A DNA stretch of 64,000 nucleotides, from the NCBI GenBank assembly GCA_051313645.2, contig JBNRSN020000167.1:124001-188000 (forward strand). Reading direction: 5' to 3'. Positions within the stretch are counted from its first letter, which is position 1. Each line of letters opens with the position of its first letter. Under the pieces are notes generated by a model. That model was not told where the DNA came from. It saw only the letters and a list, made by a program, of their open reading frames with translations, and ran no database searches. Shown piece by piece: positions 32,200-47,100 of this stretch. Made by a program: the position numbers and the translations under genes. This DNA is from Centroscyllium fabricii. Taxonomy: Eukaryota.

Positions 32200-35100
32200 C
32201 CTTTCCCAGTAACACAGTCTCCCAGCAACACAGTCTCCCAGAAATGCAGTGACATAGTAACACAGTCTTACAGTAACGCAGTCTCCCAATAACACAGTCT
32301 CCCAGCAACATCGTCTCCCAGTAATGCAGTCTCCCAGTAACACAGTCTCCCAGCAACATCGTCTCCCAGTAATGCAGTCTCCCAGTAACGCAGTCTCCCA
32401 GTAACGCAGTCTCCCAGTAACGCAGTCTCCCAGTAACGCAGTCTCCCAGTAACGCAGTCTCCCAGTAACGCAGTCTCCCAGTAACGCAGTCTCCCAGTAA
32501 CGCAGTCTCCCAGTAATGCAGTCTCCCAGTAATGCAGTCTCCCAGCAATGCAGGCTCCCAGCAATGCAGTCTCCCAGCAACGCAGTATCCCAGTAATGCA
32601 GGCTCCCAGTAATGCAGTCTCCCAGTAATGCAGTCTCACAGTAATGCAGTCGCCCAGTAATGCAGTCGCCCAGCAATGCAGTCGCCCAGCAAGGCAGTCT
32701 CCCAGCAAGGCAGTCTCCCAGCAAGGCAATCGCCCAGCAATGCAGTCTCCCAGCAACGCAGTCTCCCAGTAATGCAGTCTCCCAATAATGCAGTCCAGTC
32801 TCTCAGTAACGCAGTCACACAGTAACGCAGTTTCCCAGCAATGCCGTCTACCAGCAATGCCGTCTCCCAGCAATGCAGTCTCCCAGCAATGCAGTCTCCC
32901 AGCAACGCAGTCTCGCAGTAACTCAGTCTCCCAGCAACACTGTCTCCCAGCAACACAGTCCACCAGTAATGCAGTCTACCAGTAACGCAGTCTCCCAGTA
33001 CTGCAGTCTCCCAGTACTGCAGTTTCCCAGTACTGCAGTGTCCCAGTAATGCAGTCTCCCAGTAATGCAGGGTCCCAGTAATGCGGTCTCCCAGTAATGC
33101 AGTCTCCCAGTAATGCAGTCTCCCAGTAATGCAGTCTCCCAGTAATGCAGTCTCCCAGTAATGCAGTCTCCCAGTAATGCAGTGTCCCAGTAATGCAGTC
33201 TCCCAGAAATGCAGTCTCCCAGTAATGCAGTCTCCCAGTACTGCAGTGTCCCAGTAATGCAGTCTCCCAGTAATGCAGTCTCCCATTAATGCAGTCTCCC
33301 AGTAATGCAGTCTCCCAGTAATGCAGTCTCCCAGTAATGCAGGGTCCCAGTAATGCAGTCTCCCAGTAATGCAGTCTCCCAGTAATGCCGTCTCCCAGTA
33401 ATGCCGTCTCCCAGTAATGCCGTCTCCCAGTAATGCCGCCTCCCAGTAATGCCGTCTCCCAGTAATGCCGTCTCCCAGTAATGCCGTCCCCCAGTAATGC
33501 CGTCTCCCAGTAATGCCGCCTCCCAGTAATGCCGTCTCCCAGTATTGCCGTCTCCAAGTAATGCCCTCTGCCAATAATGCAGTCTCCCAGTAATGCAGTC
33601 TCCCAGTAATGCAGTCTCCCTGTAATGCAGTCCCCGAGCAACACAGTCTCCCAGCAACGCAGTCTCCCAGCAATGCAGTCTCCCAGCAACGCAGTCTCCC
33701 AGCAACGCAGTCTCCCAGCAACCTCGTCTCCCATTAAAGCATTCTCCCAGTAACGCATTCTCCCAGTAACGCACTCTCCCAGTAACGCAGTCTCCCAGCA
33801 ACATCGTCTCCCAGCAAAGTAGTCTCCCAGCAATTCAGTCTCCCAGTAATGAAGTCTCCCAGCAACATCATCTCCCAGTAATGCAGCCTCCCAGTAACGC
33901 AGTCTCCCAGCAATGCAGTCTCCCAGTAACGCAGTCACCCAATAATGCCGTTTCCCAGCAACGCAGACTCCCAGTAACACAGTCTCCCAGTAACACTGTC
34001 TTCCAGCAACACAGTCTCCATGTAACAGTCGCCCAGTAACGCAGTCTCCCAGTAACGCAGTCTCCCAGTAACACAGTCTCCCAATAACACACTCTACCAG
34101 TAACGCAGTCCAGCCGTAATGCAGTCTCCCAGCAATGCAGTCCCCCAGTAACACAGTCGCCCAGCAACAACTTCTACCAGTAACGCAGTCTACCAGTGAC
34201 ATTATCTCCCAGTAACGCAGTCTCCCAGTAACGCAGTCTCCCAGTAACGCAGTCTCCCAGTAACGCAGTCTCCCAGTAACGCAGTCTCCCAGTAACGCAG
34301 TCTCCTAGTAACGCAGTCTCCCAGTAACGCAGCCTCCCAGTAACATCGTCTCACAGTGACGCAGTCTCCCAGCAATGTAGTTGCCAAGTAACGCAGTCTC
34401 CCAGTAATGCAGTCTCCCAGCAATGCAGTCTGCCAGCAATGCAGACTCTCAGCAATGCAGTCTCCCAGCAACGCCGTCTCCCAGCAACGCAGTCTCCCAG
34501 CAACGCAGTCTCCTAGTAATTCAGTCCCCCAGCAATGCAGTCTCGCAGTAATGCAGTCTCCCAGTAACGCTGTCTCCCAGTAACACTGTATCCCATTAAC
34601 GCAGTCTCCTAGTAACGCAGTCTCCCAGTAACGCAGTCTCCCAGCTACGCAGACTCCCAGTAATGCAGTCTCCCAGTAACGCAATCTCCCAGTAACGCAG
34701 TCTCCCAGTAACGCAGTCTCCCAGTAATGGAGTTTCCCAGCAATGCCGTCTCCCAGCAATGTCGTCTCCCAGCAACGCAGTCTCCCAGCAAGGCAATCTC
34801 ACAGCAAAGCAGTCTCCCAGTAACGCAGTCTCCCAGTAACGCAGTCTCCCAGCAACGTTTTCTACCAGTAACGCAGTCTCCCAGCAATGCAATTGCCCAG
34901 CAATGCAGTCTCCCAGTAATGCAGCCTACCAGTAATGCAGTCTGCCAGTAGCGCAATGTCGCAGTAACACTGTCTCCCAGTAACGTAGTCTCCCAGTAAT
35001 GCAGTCTCGCTGTAACTCAGTCTCCCTGTAATGCAGTCTCCCTGTAATGCAGTCTCCCAGTAATGCAGTCTCCCAGTCTCTCAGTAACATAGTCTCCCAG

Positions 35101-38100
35101 CGACGCAGCCTCCCAGCAACGCAGTCTCCCAGCAACGCAGTCTCCCAGCGACACAGTCTCCCAGCAACGCAGTCTCCCAGTAATGCAGTCTGCCAGTAAT
35201 GTAGTCTCCCAGTAATGCAGTCTCCAGTAACGCAATCTCCCAGTAATGCAGTACCCCAGTAATGCAGTCTCCCAGTAACGCAGTCTCCCAGCAACATTGT
35301 CTCCCAGTAACGCAGTCTCGCAGCAACCGTCACCCAGCAAAGCAGCCTCCCAGCAACGCAGTCTCCCAGCAGCATGGTCTCCCAGTAATGCAGTCTCCCA
35401 GTAATGCAGACTCCCAGTAATGCATTCCCCCAGTAACACAGTCTCCCAGTAACGCAGTCTCCCAGCATCCTCGTCTCCCAGCAAAGCAGCATCCCAGTAA
35501 TACAGTCTCCAAGTAACACTGTCTCCCAGCAACGCAGTCTCCCAGTTACGCAGTCTCCCAGCACGCAGTCTCCCAGCAATGCAGTCTCCCAGCAACGCCA
35601 TCTCCCAGCAACGCCGTCTCCCAGAAATGCAGTCTCCCAGCAACGCAGTCTCCCAGCAAGGCAGTCTCCCAGCAAGGCAGTCTCCCAGAAAGGCAGTCTC
35701 CCAGGAATGCAGTCTCCCAGGAATGCAGTCCCCCAGGAATGCAGTCTCCCAGTAATGCAGTCTCCCAGTAATGCAGTCTCCCAGTAATGCAGTCTCCCAG
35801 TAATGCAGTCTCCCAGTAATGCAGTCTCCCTGTAATGCAGTCCCCCGTAACGCAGTCCCCGAGCAACGCAGTCCCCCAGCAACGCAGTCTCCCAGCAACG
35901 CAGTCTCCCAGCAACATCGTCTCCCATTAAAGCATTCTCCCAGTAACGCATTCTCCCAGTAACGCACTCTCCCAGTAACGCAGTCTCCCAGCAACATCGT
36001 CTCCCAGCAAAGTAGTCTCCCAGCAATTCAGTCTCCCAGTAATGAAGTCTCCCAGCAACATCATCTCCCAGTAATGCAGTCTCCCAGTAACGCAGTCTCC
36101 CAGCAATGCAGTCTCCCAGTAACGCAGTTAACCAATAATGCCGTTTCCCAGCAACGCAGACTCCCAGTAACACAGTCTCCCAGTAACACGGTCTTCCAGC
36201 AACACAGTCTCCATGTAACACAGTCGCCCAGTTACGCAGTCTCCCAGTAACGCAGTCTCCCAGTAACGCAGTCTCCCAGTAACACAGTCTCCCAATAACA
36301 CAGTCTCCCAATAACACACTCTACCAGTAACGCAGTCCAGCCATAATGCCGTCTCCCAGCAATGCAGTCCCCCAGTAACGCAGTCGCCCAGCAACAACTT
36401 CTACCAGTAACGCAGTCTACCAGTGACATTATCTCCCAGTAACACAGTCTCCCAATAACACAGTCTCCCAATAACACACTCTACCAGTAACGCAGTCCAG
36501 CCGTAATGCCGTCTCCCAGCAATGCAGTCCCCCAGTAACGCAGTCGCCCAGCAACAACTTCTACCAGTAACGCAGTCTACCAGTGACATTATCTCCCAGT
36601 AACGCAGTCTCCCAGTAACGCAGTCTCCCAGTAACGCAGTCTCCCAGTAACGCAGTCTCCCAGTAACACAGTCTCCTAGTAACGCAGTCTCCCAGTAACG
36701 CAGCCTCCCAGTAACATCATCTCACAGTGACGCAGTCTCCCAGCAATGTAGTTGCCAAGTAACGCAGTCTCCCAGTAATGCAGTCTACCAGTAATACAGT
36801 TTGCCAGCAATGCAGACTCTCAGCAATGCAGTCTCCCAGCAACGCAGTCTCCCAGCAACGCAGTCTCCCAGTAATTCAGTCCCCCAGCAATGCAGTCTCG
36901 CAGTAATGCAGTCTCCCAGTAACGCTGTCTCCCAGTAACACTGTCTCCCATTAACGCAGTCTCCTAGTAACGCAGTCTCCCAGTAACGCAGTCTCCCAGC
37001 AACGCAGACTCCCAGTAGTGCAGTCTCCCAGTAACGCAATCTCCCAGTAACACAGTCTCCCAGTAACGCAGTCTCCCAGTAATGGAGTTTCCCAGCAATG
37101 CCGTCTCCCAGCAATGCCGTCTCCCAGCAACGCAGTCTCCCAGCAAGGCAATCTCACAGCAAAGCAGTCTCCCAGTAACGCAGTCTCCCAGTAACGCAGT
37201 CTCCCAGCTACATTTTCTACCAGTAACGCAGTCTCCAAGCAATGCAGTTGCCCAGTAATGCAGCCTACCAGTAATGCAGTCTGCCAGTAGCGCAATGTCG
37301 CAGTAACACTGTCTCCCAGTAACGTAGTCTCCCATTAATGCAGTCTCGCTGTAACTCAGTCTCCCTGTAATGCAGTCTCCCAGTAATGCAGTCTCCCAGT
37401 CTCTCAGTAACATAGTCTCCCAGCGACGCAGTCTCCCAGCAACGCAGTCTCCCAGCAATGCAGTCTCCCAGCAACACAGTCTCCCAGCAACACAGTCTCC
37501 CAGTAATGCAGTCTGCCAGTAATGTAGTCTCCCAGTAACGCAGTCTCCAGTAACGCAGTCTCCAGTAAAGCAATCTCCCAGTAATGCAGTACCCCAGTAA
37601 CGCAGTCTCCCAGTAACGCAGTCTCCCAGTAACGCAGTCTCCCAGCAACATTGTCTCCCAGTAACACAGTCTCCCAGCAACCGTCACCCAGCAAAGCAGC
37701 CTCCCAGCAACGCAGTCTCCCAGCAGCATTGTCTCCCAGTAATGCAGTCTCCCAGTAACGCAGACTCCCAGTAATGCATTCCCCCAGTAACACAGTCTCC
37801 CAGTAACGCAGTCTCCCAGCAACATTGTCTCACCAGCAAAGCAGTAACCCAGTAATGCAGTCTCCCAGTAACGCTGTCTCCCAGCAACGCAGTCTCCCAG
37901 CAACGCAGTCTCCCAGCAACGCAGTCTCCCAGCAACGCAGTCTCCCAGCAACGCAGTCTCCCAGCAACGCAGTCTCCCAGCAACGCAGTCTCCCAGCAAC
38001 GCAGTCTCCCAGTAACGCAGTCTCCCAGTAACGCAGTCTACCAGTAATGCAGTCTCCCAGCAACGCAGTCTCCCAGTAACGCAGTCCCCCCGCGAAACAG

Positions 38101-41100
38101 TCTCCTAGATACACAATCTCCCAGTAATACAGTCTCCCAGCAACGCAGTCTCCCAGTAACGCAGTCTCCCAGTAACGCAGTCTCCCAGTAACGCAGTCTC
38201 CCAGTAACATCGTCTCCCAGTAACGCAGTCTCCCAGCAATGCAGTTGCCAAGTAACGCAGTCCCCAGTAATGTAGTCTACCAGCAATGCAGTCTACCAGC
38301 AATGCAGTCTACCAGCAATGCAGTCTTCCAGCAATGCAGTCTCCCAGCAATGCAGTCTCCCAGCAATGCAGTCTCCCAGCAATGCAGTCTCCCAGTAATG
38401 CAGTCTCCCAGTAATGCAGTCTCCCAGTAATGCAGTGTCCCAGTAATGCAGTCTCCCAGTAATGCAGTCTCCCAGTAATGCAGTCTCCCAGTAATGCAGT
38501 CTCCCAGTAATGCAGTCTCCCAGTAATGCAGTCTCCCAGTAATGCAGTCTCCCAGTAACACAGTCTCCCAGTAACGCAGCCTCCCAGTAACATCGTCTCA
38601 CAGTGACGCAGTCTCCCAGCAATGTAGTTGCCAAGTAACACAGTCTCCCAGTAATGCAGTCTACCAGTAATGCAGTTTGCCAGCAATGCAGACTCTCAGC
38701 AATGCAGTCTCCCAGCAACGCAGTCTCCCAGCAAATCAGTCTCCCAGTAATTCAGTCCCCCAGCAATGCAGTCTCACAGTAATGCAGTCTCACAGTAATG
38801 CAGTCTCCCAGTAATGCTGTCTCCCAGTAACACTGTCTCCCATTAACGCAGTCTCCTAGTAAAGCAGTCTCCCAGTAACGCAGTCTCCCAGCAACGCAGA
38901 CTCCCAGTAATGCAGTCTCCCAGTAATGCAATCTCCCAGTAACGCAGTCTCCCAGTAACGCAGTCTCCCAGTAACGCAGTCTCCCAGTAATGGAGTTTCC
39001 CAGCAATGCCATCTCCCAGCAATGCCGTCTCCCAGCAACGCAGTCTCCCAGCAAGGCAATCTCACAGCAAAGCAGTCTCCCAGTAATGCAGTCTCCCAGT
39101 AACGCAGTCTCCCAGCTACATTTTCTACCAGTAACGCAGTCTCCAAGCAATGCAGTTGCCCAGTAACACAGTCTCCCAGTAACGCAGCCTACCAGTAATG
39201 CAGTCTGCCAGTAGCGCAATGTCGCAGTAACACTGTCTCCCAGTAACGTAGTCTCCCATTAATGCAGTCTCGCTGTAACTCAGTCTCCCTGTAATGCAGT
39301 CTCCCAGTAATGCAGTCTCCCAGTCTCTCAGTAACATAGTCTCCCAGCGACGCAGTCTCCCAGCAACGCAGTCTCCCAGCAATGCAGTCTCCCAGCAACA
39401 CAGTCTCCCAGCAACACAGTCTCCCAGTAATGCAGTCTGCCAGTAATGTAGTCTCCCAGTAACGCAGTCTCCAGTAACGCAGTCTCCAGTAACGCAATCT
39501 CCCAGTAATGCAGTACCCCAGTAACGCAGTCTCCCAGTAACGCAGTCTCCCAGTAATGCAGTCTCCCAGCAACATTGTCTCCCGGTAACAGTCTCCCAGC
39601 AACCGTCACCAAGCAAAGCAGCCTCCCAGCAACGCAGTCTCCCAGCAGCATTGTCTCCCAGTAATGCAGTCTCCCAGTAACACAGACTCCCAGTAATGCA
39701 TTCCCCCAGTAACACAGTCTCCCAGTAACGCAGTCTCCCAGCAACATCGTCTCCCAGCAAAGCAGTATCCCAGTAATGCAGTCTCCCAGTAACGCTGTCT
39801 CCCAGCACGCAGTCTCCCAGCAATGCAGTCTCCCAGCAACGCAGTCTCCCAGCAATGCAGTCTCCCAGCAACGCAGTCTCCCAGCAACGCAGTCTCCCAG
39901 CAATGCAGTCTCCCAGCAAAGCAGTCTCCCAGCAACGCAGTCTCCCAGTAACGCAGTCTCCCAGTAACGCAGTCTCCCAGTAACGCAGTCTCCCAGTAAC
40001 GCAGTCTCCCAGTAACGCAGTCTACCAGTAATGCAGTCTCCCAGTAACGCAGTCTCCCAGTAACGCAGTCTCCCAGTAACGCAGTCTCCCAGTAACATCG
40101 TCTCCCAGTAACGCAGTCTCCCAGCAATGCAGTTGCCAAGTAACGCAGTCCCCCAGTAATGCAGTCTACCAGCAATGCAGTCTCCCAGCAATGCAGTCTC
40201 CCAGCAATGCAGTCTCCCAGCAATGCAGTCTCCCAGCAATGCAGTCTCCCAGCAATGCAGTCTCCCAGCAATGCAGTCTCCCAGCAATGCAGTCTCCCAG
40301 TAATGCAGTCTCCCAGTAATGCAGTCTCCCAGTAATGCAGTCTCCCAGTAATGCAGTCTCCCAGTAATGCAGTCTCCCAGTAATGCAGTCTCCCAGTAAT
40401 GGAGTCTCCCAGTAATGCCGTCTCCCAGTAATGCCGTCTCCCAGTAATGCCGTCTCCCAGTAATGCCGTCTCCCAGTAATGCCGTCTCCCAGTAATGCCG
40501 TCTCCCAGTAATGCCGTCTCCCAGTAATGCCGTCTCCCAGTATTGCCGTCTGCCAGTAATGCCGTCTGCCAGTAATGCCGTCTGCCAGCAATGCCGTCTG
40601 CCAGCAATGCCGTCTCCCAGCAACGCAGTCTCCCAGCAACGCAGTCTCCCAGCAACGCAGTCTCCCAGCAATGCAGTCTCCCAGCAACGCAGTCTCCCAG
40701 CAACGCAGTCTCCCAGTAACGCAGTCTCCCAGTAATGCAGTCTCCCAGTAACGCAGTCTCCCAGTAACGCAGTCTCCCAGTAATGCAGTCTCCCAGTAAT
40801 GCAGTCTCCCAGTAATGCAGTCTCCCAGTAATGCAGTCTCCCAGTAATGCAGTCTCCCAGTAATGCAGTCTCCCAGTAATGCAGTCTCCCAGTAATGCCG
40901 TCTCCCAGTAATGCCGTCTCCCAGTAATGCCGTCTCCCAGTAATGCCGTCTCCCAGTAATGCCGTCTCCCAGTAATGCCGTCTCCCAGTAATGCCGTCTC
41001 CCAGTAATGCCGTCTCCCAGTAATGCCGTCTCCCAGTAATGCCGTCTCCCAGTAATGCCGTCTCCCAGTATTGCCGTCTGCCAGCAATGCCGTCTGCCAG

Positions 41101-44100
41101 CAATGCCGTCTGCCAGCAAAGCCGTCTGCCAGCAACGCCGTCTCCCAGCAACGCAGTCTCCCAGCAACGCAGTCTCCCAGCAACGCAGTCTCCCAGCAAC
41201 GCAGTCTCCCAGCAACGCAGTCTCCCAGCAACGCAGTCTCCCAGCAACGCAGTCTCCCAGCAACGCAGTCTCCCAGCAATGCAGTCTCCCTTTAATGCAG
41301 TCTCCCAGTAACGCAGTCTACCAGTAATGCAGTCTCCCAGCAACGCAGTCTCCCAGTAACGCAGTCCCCCCGCAAAACAGTCTCCTAGATACACAGTCTC
41401 CCAGTAATGCAGTCTCCCAGCAACGCAGTCTCCCAGTAACACACTCTCCCAGTAACGCAGTCTCCCAGTAACACCGTCTCCCAGTAACGCAGTCTCCCAG
41501 CAATGCAGTTGCCAAGTAACGCAGTCCCCCAGCAATGCAGTCTACCAGCAATGCAGTCTACCAGCAATGCAGTCTTCCAGCAACGCAGTATCTCAGCAAC
41601 GCAGTATCCCAGCAACGCAGTCGCCCAGCAACGTAGTCTCCCAGCAACGCCATCTCCCAGTAACGCAGTCTCCCAGTAACATCGTCTCCCAGTAACGCGG
41701 TCGCCATGTAACGCGGTCCCCCAGTAATGCAGTCTCCCAGCAATGCAGTCTCCCAGTAACATTGTCTCCCAGTAACGCAGTCTCCCAGCAATCCAGTTGC
41801 CAAGTAACGTGGTCCCCCAGTAATGCAGTCTCCCAGTAATGCAGTCTCCCAGTAACACAGTCTCCCAGCAACATGGTCTCCCAGTAATGCAGTCTCCCAG
41901 TAACGCAGTCTCCCAGTAATGCAGTCTCCCAGTAATGCAGTCTCCCAGTAACGCAGTCTCCCAGTAACGCAGTCTCCCAGTAACGCAGTCTCCCAGTAAT
42001 GCAGTCTCCCAGTAATGCAGTCTCCCAGCAATGCAGTCTCCCAGCAATGCAGTCTCCCAGCAATGCAGTCTCCCAGTAATGCAGTCTCCCAGTAATGCAG
42101 TCTCACAGTAATGCAGTCGCCCAGTAATGCAGTCGCCCAGCAATGCAGTCGCCCAGCAATGCAGTCGCCCAGCAAGGCAGTCTCCCAGCAAGGCAGTCGC
42201 CCAGCAATGCAGTCTCCCAGCAACGCAGTCTCCCAGTAATGCAGTCTCCCAATAATGCAGTCCAGTCTCTCAGTAACGCAGTCACACAGTAACGCAGTTT
42301 CCCAGCAATGCCGTCTACCAGCAATGCCGTCTCCCAGCAATGCAGTCTCCCAGCAATGCAGTCTCCCAGCAACGCAGTCTCGCAGTAACTCAGTCTCCCA
42401 GCAACACTGTCTCCCAGCAACACAGTCCACCAGTAATGCAGTCTACCAGTAACGCAGTCTCCCAGTACTGCAGTCTCCCAGTACTGCAGTCTCCCAGTAC
42501 TGCAGTGTCCCAGTAATGCAGTCTCCCAGTAATGCAGGGTCCCAGTAATGCAGTCTCCCAGTAATGCAGTCTCCCAGTAATGCAGTCTCCCAGTAATGCA
42601 GTCTCCTAGTAATGCAGTCTCCCAGTAATGCAGTCTCCCAGTAATGCAGTCTCCCAGTAATGCAGTCTCCCAGTAATGCAGTCTCCCAGTAATGCAGTCT
42701 CCCAGTAATGCAGTCTCCCAGCAATGCAGTCTCCCAGTACTGCAGTCTCCCAGTACTGCAGTGTCCCAGTAACGCAGGGTCCCAGTAATGCAGTCTCCCA
42801 GTAATGCAGTCTCCCAGTAATGCAGTCTCCCAGTAATGCAGTCTCCCTGTAATGCAGTCTCCCAGTAATGCAGGGTCCCAGTAATGCAGTCTCCCAGTAA
42901 TGCAGTCTCCCAGTAATGCCGTCTCCCAGTAATGCCGTCTCCCAGTAATGCCGTCTCCCAGTAATGCCGCCTCCCAGTAATGCCGTCTCCCAATAATGCC
43001 GTCTCCCAGTAATGCCGTCCGCCAGTAATGCCGTCTCCCAGTAATGCCGCCTCCCAGTAATGCCGTCTCCCAGTATTGCCGTCTCCAAGTAATGCCCTCT
43101 GCCAATAATGCAGTCTCCCAGTAATGCAGTCTGCCAGTAATGCAGTCTCCCAGTAATGCTACTCCCCGTAATGCAGTCTCTCAGTAATGCAGTCTCCCAT
43201 TAATGCAGTCTCCCAGTAATGCAGTCTCCCAGTAATGCAGTCTCCCTGTAATGCAGTCCCCGAGCAACACAGTCTCCCAGCAACGCAGTCTCCCAGCAAT
43301 GCAGTCTCCCAGCAACGCAGTCTCCCAGCAACGCAGTCTCCCAGCAACCTCGTCTCCCATTAAAGCATTCTCCCAGTAACGCATTCTCCCAGTAACGCAC
43401 TCTCCCAGTAACGCAGTCTCCCAGCAACATCGTCTCCCAGCAAAGTAGTCTCCCAGCAATTCAGTCTCCCAGTAATGAAGTCTCCCAGCAACATCATCTC
43501 CCAGTAATGCAGCCTCCCAGTAACGCAGTCTCCCAGCAATGCAGTCTCCCAGTAACGCAGTCACCCAATAATGCCGTTTCCCAGCAACGCAGACTCCCAG
43601 TAACACAGTCTCCCAGTAACACTGTCTTCCAGCAACACAGTCTCCATGTAACAGTCGCCCAGTAACGCAGTCTCCCAGTAACGCAGTCTCCCAGTAACAC
43701 AGTCTCCCAATAACACACTCTACCAGTAACGCAGTCCAGCCGTAATGCAGTCTCACAGCAATGCAGTCCCCCAGTAACGCAGTCGCCCAGCAACAACTTC
43801 TACCAGTAACGCAGTCTACCAGTGACATTATCTCCCAGTAACGCAGTCTCCCAGTAACGCAGTCTCCCAGTAACGCAGTCTCCCAGTAACGCAGTCTCCT
43901 AGTAACGCAGTCTCCCAGTAACGCAGCCTCCCAGTAACATCGTCTCACAGTGTCGCAGTCTCCCAGCAATGTAGTTGCCAAGTAACGCTGTCTCCCAGTA
44001 ATGCAGTCTCCCAGCAATGCAGTCTGCCAGCAATGCAGACTCTCAGCAATGCAGTCTCCCAGCAACGCAGTCTCCCAGCAACGCAGTCTCCCAGCAACGC

Positions 44101-47100
44101 AGTCTCCCAGTAATTCAGTCCCCCAGCAATGCAGTCTCGCAGTAATGCAGTCTCCCAGTAACGCTGTCTCCCGGTAACACTGTATCCCATTAACGCAATC
44201 TCCTAGTAACGCAGTCTCCCAGTAACGCAGTCTCCCAGCTACGCAGACTCCCAGTAATGCAGTCTCCCAGTAACGCAATCTCCCAGTAACGCAGTCTCCC
44301 AGTAACGCAGTCTCCCAGTAATGGAGTTTCCCAGCAATGCCGTCTCCCAGCAATGCCGTCTCCCAGCAACGCAGTCTCCCAGCAAGGCAATCTCACAGCA
44401 AAGCAGTCTCCCAGTAATGCAGTCTCCCAGTAACGCAGTCTCCCAGCAACATTTTCTACCAGTAACGCAGTCTCCCAGCAATGCAGTTGCCCAGCAACGC
44501 AGTCTCCCAGTAATGCAGCCTACCAGTAATGCAGTCTGCCAGTAGCGCAATGTCGCAGTAACACTGTCTCCCAGTAACGTAGTCTCCCAGTAATGCAGTC
44601 TCGCTGTAACTCAGTCTCCCTGTAATGCAGTCTCCCTGTAATGCAGTCTCCCAGTAATGCAGTCTCCCAGTCTCTCAGTAACATAGTCTCCCAGCGACGC
44701 AGCCTCCCAGCAACGCAGTCTCCCAGCAACGCAGTCTCCCAGCGACACAGTCTCCCAGCAACGCAGTCTCCCAGTAATGCAGTCTGCCAGTAATGTAGTC
44801 TCCCAGTAACGCAGTCTCCAGTAACGCAATCTCCCAGTAATGCAGTACCCCAGTAATGCAGTCTCCCAGTAACGCAGTCTCCCAGCAACATTGTCTCCCA
44901 GTAACGCAGTCTCCCAGCAACCGTCACCCAGCAAAGCAGCCTCCCAGCAACGCAGTCTCCCAGCAGCATGGTCTCCCAGTAATGCAGTCTCCCAGTAATG
45001 CAGACTCCCAGTAATGCATTCCCCCAGTAACACAGTCTCCCAGTAACGCAGTCTCCCAGCAACCTCGTCTCCCAGCAAAGCAGCATCCCAGTAATACAGT
45101 CTCCCAGTAACACTGTCTCCCAGCAACGCAGTCTCCCAGTAACGCAGTCTCCCAGCATGCAGTCTCCCAGCAATGCAGTCTCCCAGCAATGCCATCTCCC
45201 AGCAACGCCGTCTCCCAGAAACGCAGTCTCCCAGCAACGCAGTCTCCCAGCAAGGCAGTCTCCCAGAAAGGCAGTCTCCCAGGAATGCAGTCCCCCAGGA
45301 ATGCAGTCCCCCAGGAATGCAGTCTCCCAGTAATGCAGTCTCCCAGTAATGCAGTCTCCCAGTAATGCAGTCTCCCAGTAATGCAGTCTCCCTGTAATGC
45401 AGTCCCCCGTAACGCAGTCCCTGAGCAACGCAGTCCCCCAGCAACGCAGTCTCCCAGCAACGCAGTCTCCCAGCAACATCGTCTCCCATTAAAGCATTCT
45501 CCCAGTAACGCATTCTCCCAGTAACGCACTCTCCCAGTAACGCAGTCTCCCAGCAACATCGTCTCCCAGCAAAGTAGTCTCCCAGCAATTCAGTCTCCCA
45601 GTAATGAAGTCTCCCAGCAACATCATCTCCCAGTAATGCAGTCTCCCAGTAACGCAGTCTCCCAGCAATGCAGTCTCCCAGTAACACAGTTAACCAATAA
45701 TGCCGTTTCCCAGCAACGCAGACTCCCAGTAACACAGTCTCCCAGTAACACTGTCTTCCAGCAACACAGTCTCCATGTAACACAGTCGCCCAGTTACGCA
45801 GTCTCCCAGTAACGCAGTCCCCCAGTAACGCAGTCTCCCAGTAACACAGTCTCCCAATAACACAGTCTCCCAATAACACACTCTACCAGTAACGCAGTCC
45901 AGCCGTAATGCCGTCTCCCAGCAATGCAGTCCCCCAGTAACGCAGTCGCCCAGCAACAACTTCTACCAGTAACGCAGTCTACCAGTGACATTATCTCCCA
46001 GTAACGCAGTCTCCCAGTAACGCAGTCTCCCAGTAACGAAGTCTCCCAGTAACACAGTCTCCTAGTAACGCAGTCTCCCAGTAACGCAGCCTCCCAGTAA
46101 CATCATCTCACAGTGACGCAGTCTCCCAGCAATGTAGTTGCCAAGTAACGCAGTCTCCCAGTAATGCAGTCTACCAGTAATGCAGTTTGCCAGCAATGCA
46201 GACTCTCAGCAATGCAGTCTCCCAGCAACGCAGTCTCCCAGCAACACAGTCTCCCTGCAACGCAGTCTCCCAGTAATTCAGTCCCCCAGCAATGCAGTCT
46301 CGCAGTAATGCAGTCTCCCAGTAACGCTGTCTCCCAGTAACACTGTCTCCCATTAACGCAGTCTCCTAGTCACGCAGTCTCCCAGTAATGCAGTCTCCCA
46401 GCAACGCAGACACCCAGTAGTGCAGTCTCCCAGTAACGCAATCTCCCAGTAACACAGTCTCCCAGTAACGCAGTCTCCCAGTAATGGAGTTTCCCAGCAA
46501 TGCCGTCTCCCAGCAACGCAGTCTCCCAGCAAGGCAATCTCACAGCAAAGCAGTCTCCCAGTAACGCAGTCTCCCAGTAACGCAGTCTCCCAGCTACATT
46601 TTCTACCAGTAACGCAGTCTCCAAGCAATGCAGTTGCCCAGTAACGCAGCCTACCAGTAATGCAGTCTGCCAGTAGCGCAATGTCGCAGTAACACTGTCT
46701 CCCAGTAACGTAGTCTCCCATTAATGCAGTCTCGCTGTAACTCAGTCTCCCTGTAATGCAGTCTCCCAGTAATGCAGTCTCCCAGTCTCTCAGTAACATA
46801 GTCTCCCAGCGACGCAGTCTCCCAGCAACGCAGTCTCCCAGCAATGCAGTCTCCCAGCAACACAGTCTCCCAGCAACACAGTCTCCCAGTAATGCAGTCT
46901 GCCAGTAATGCAGTCTGCCACTAATGTAGTCTCCCAGTAACGCAGTCTCCAGTAACGCAGTCTCCAGTAAAGCAATCTCCCAGTAATGCAGTACCCCAGT
47001 AACGCAGTCTCCCAGTAACGCAGTCTCCCAGTAACGCAGTCTCCCAGCAACATTGTCTCCCAGTAACACAGTCTCCCAGCAACCGTCAACCAGCAACGCA

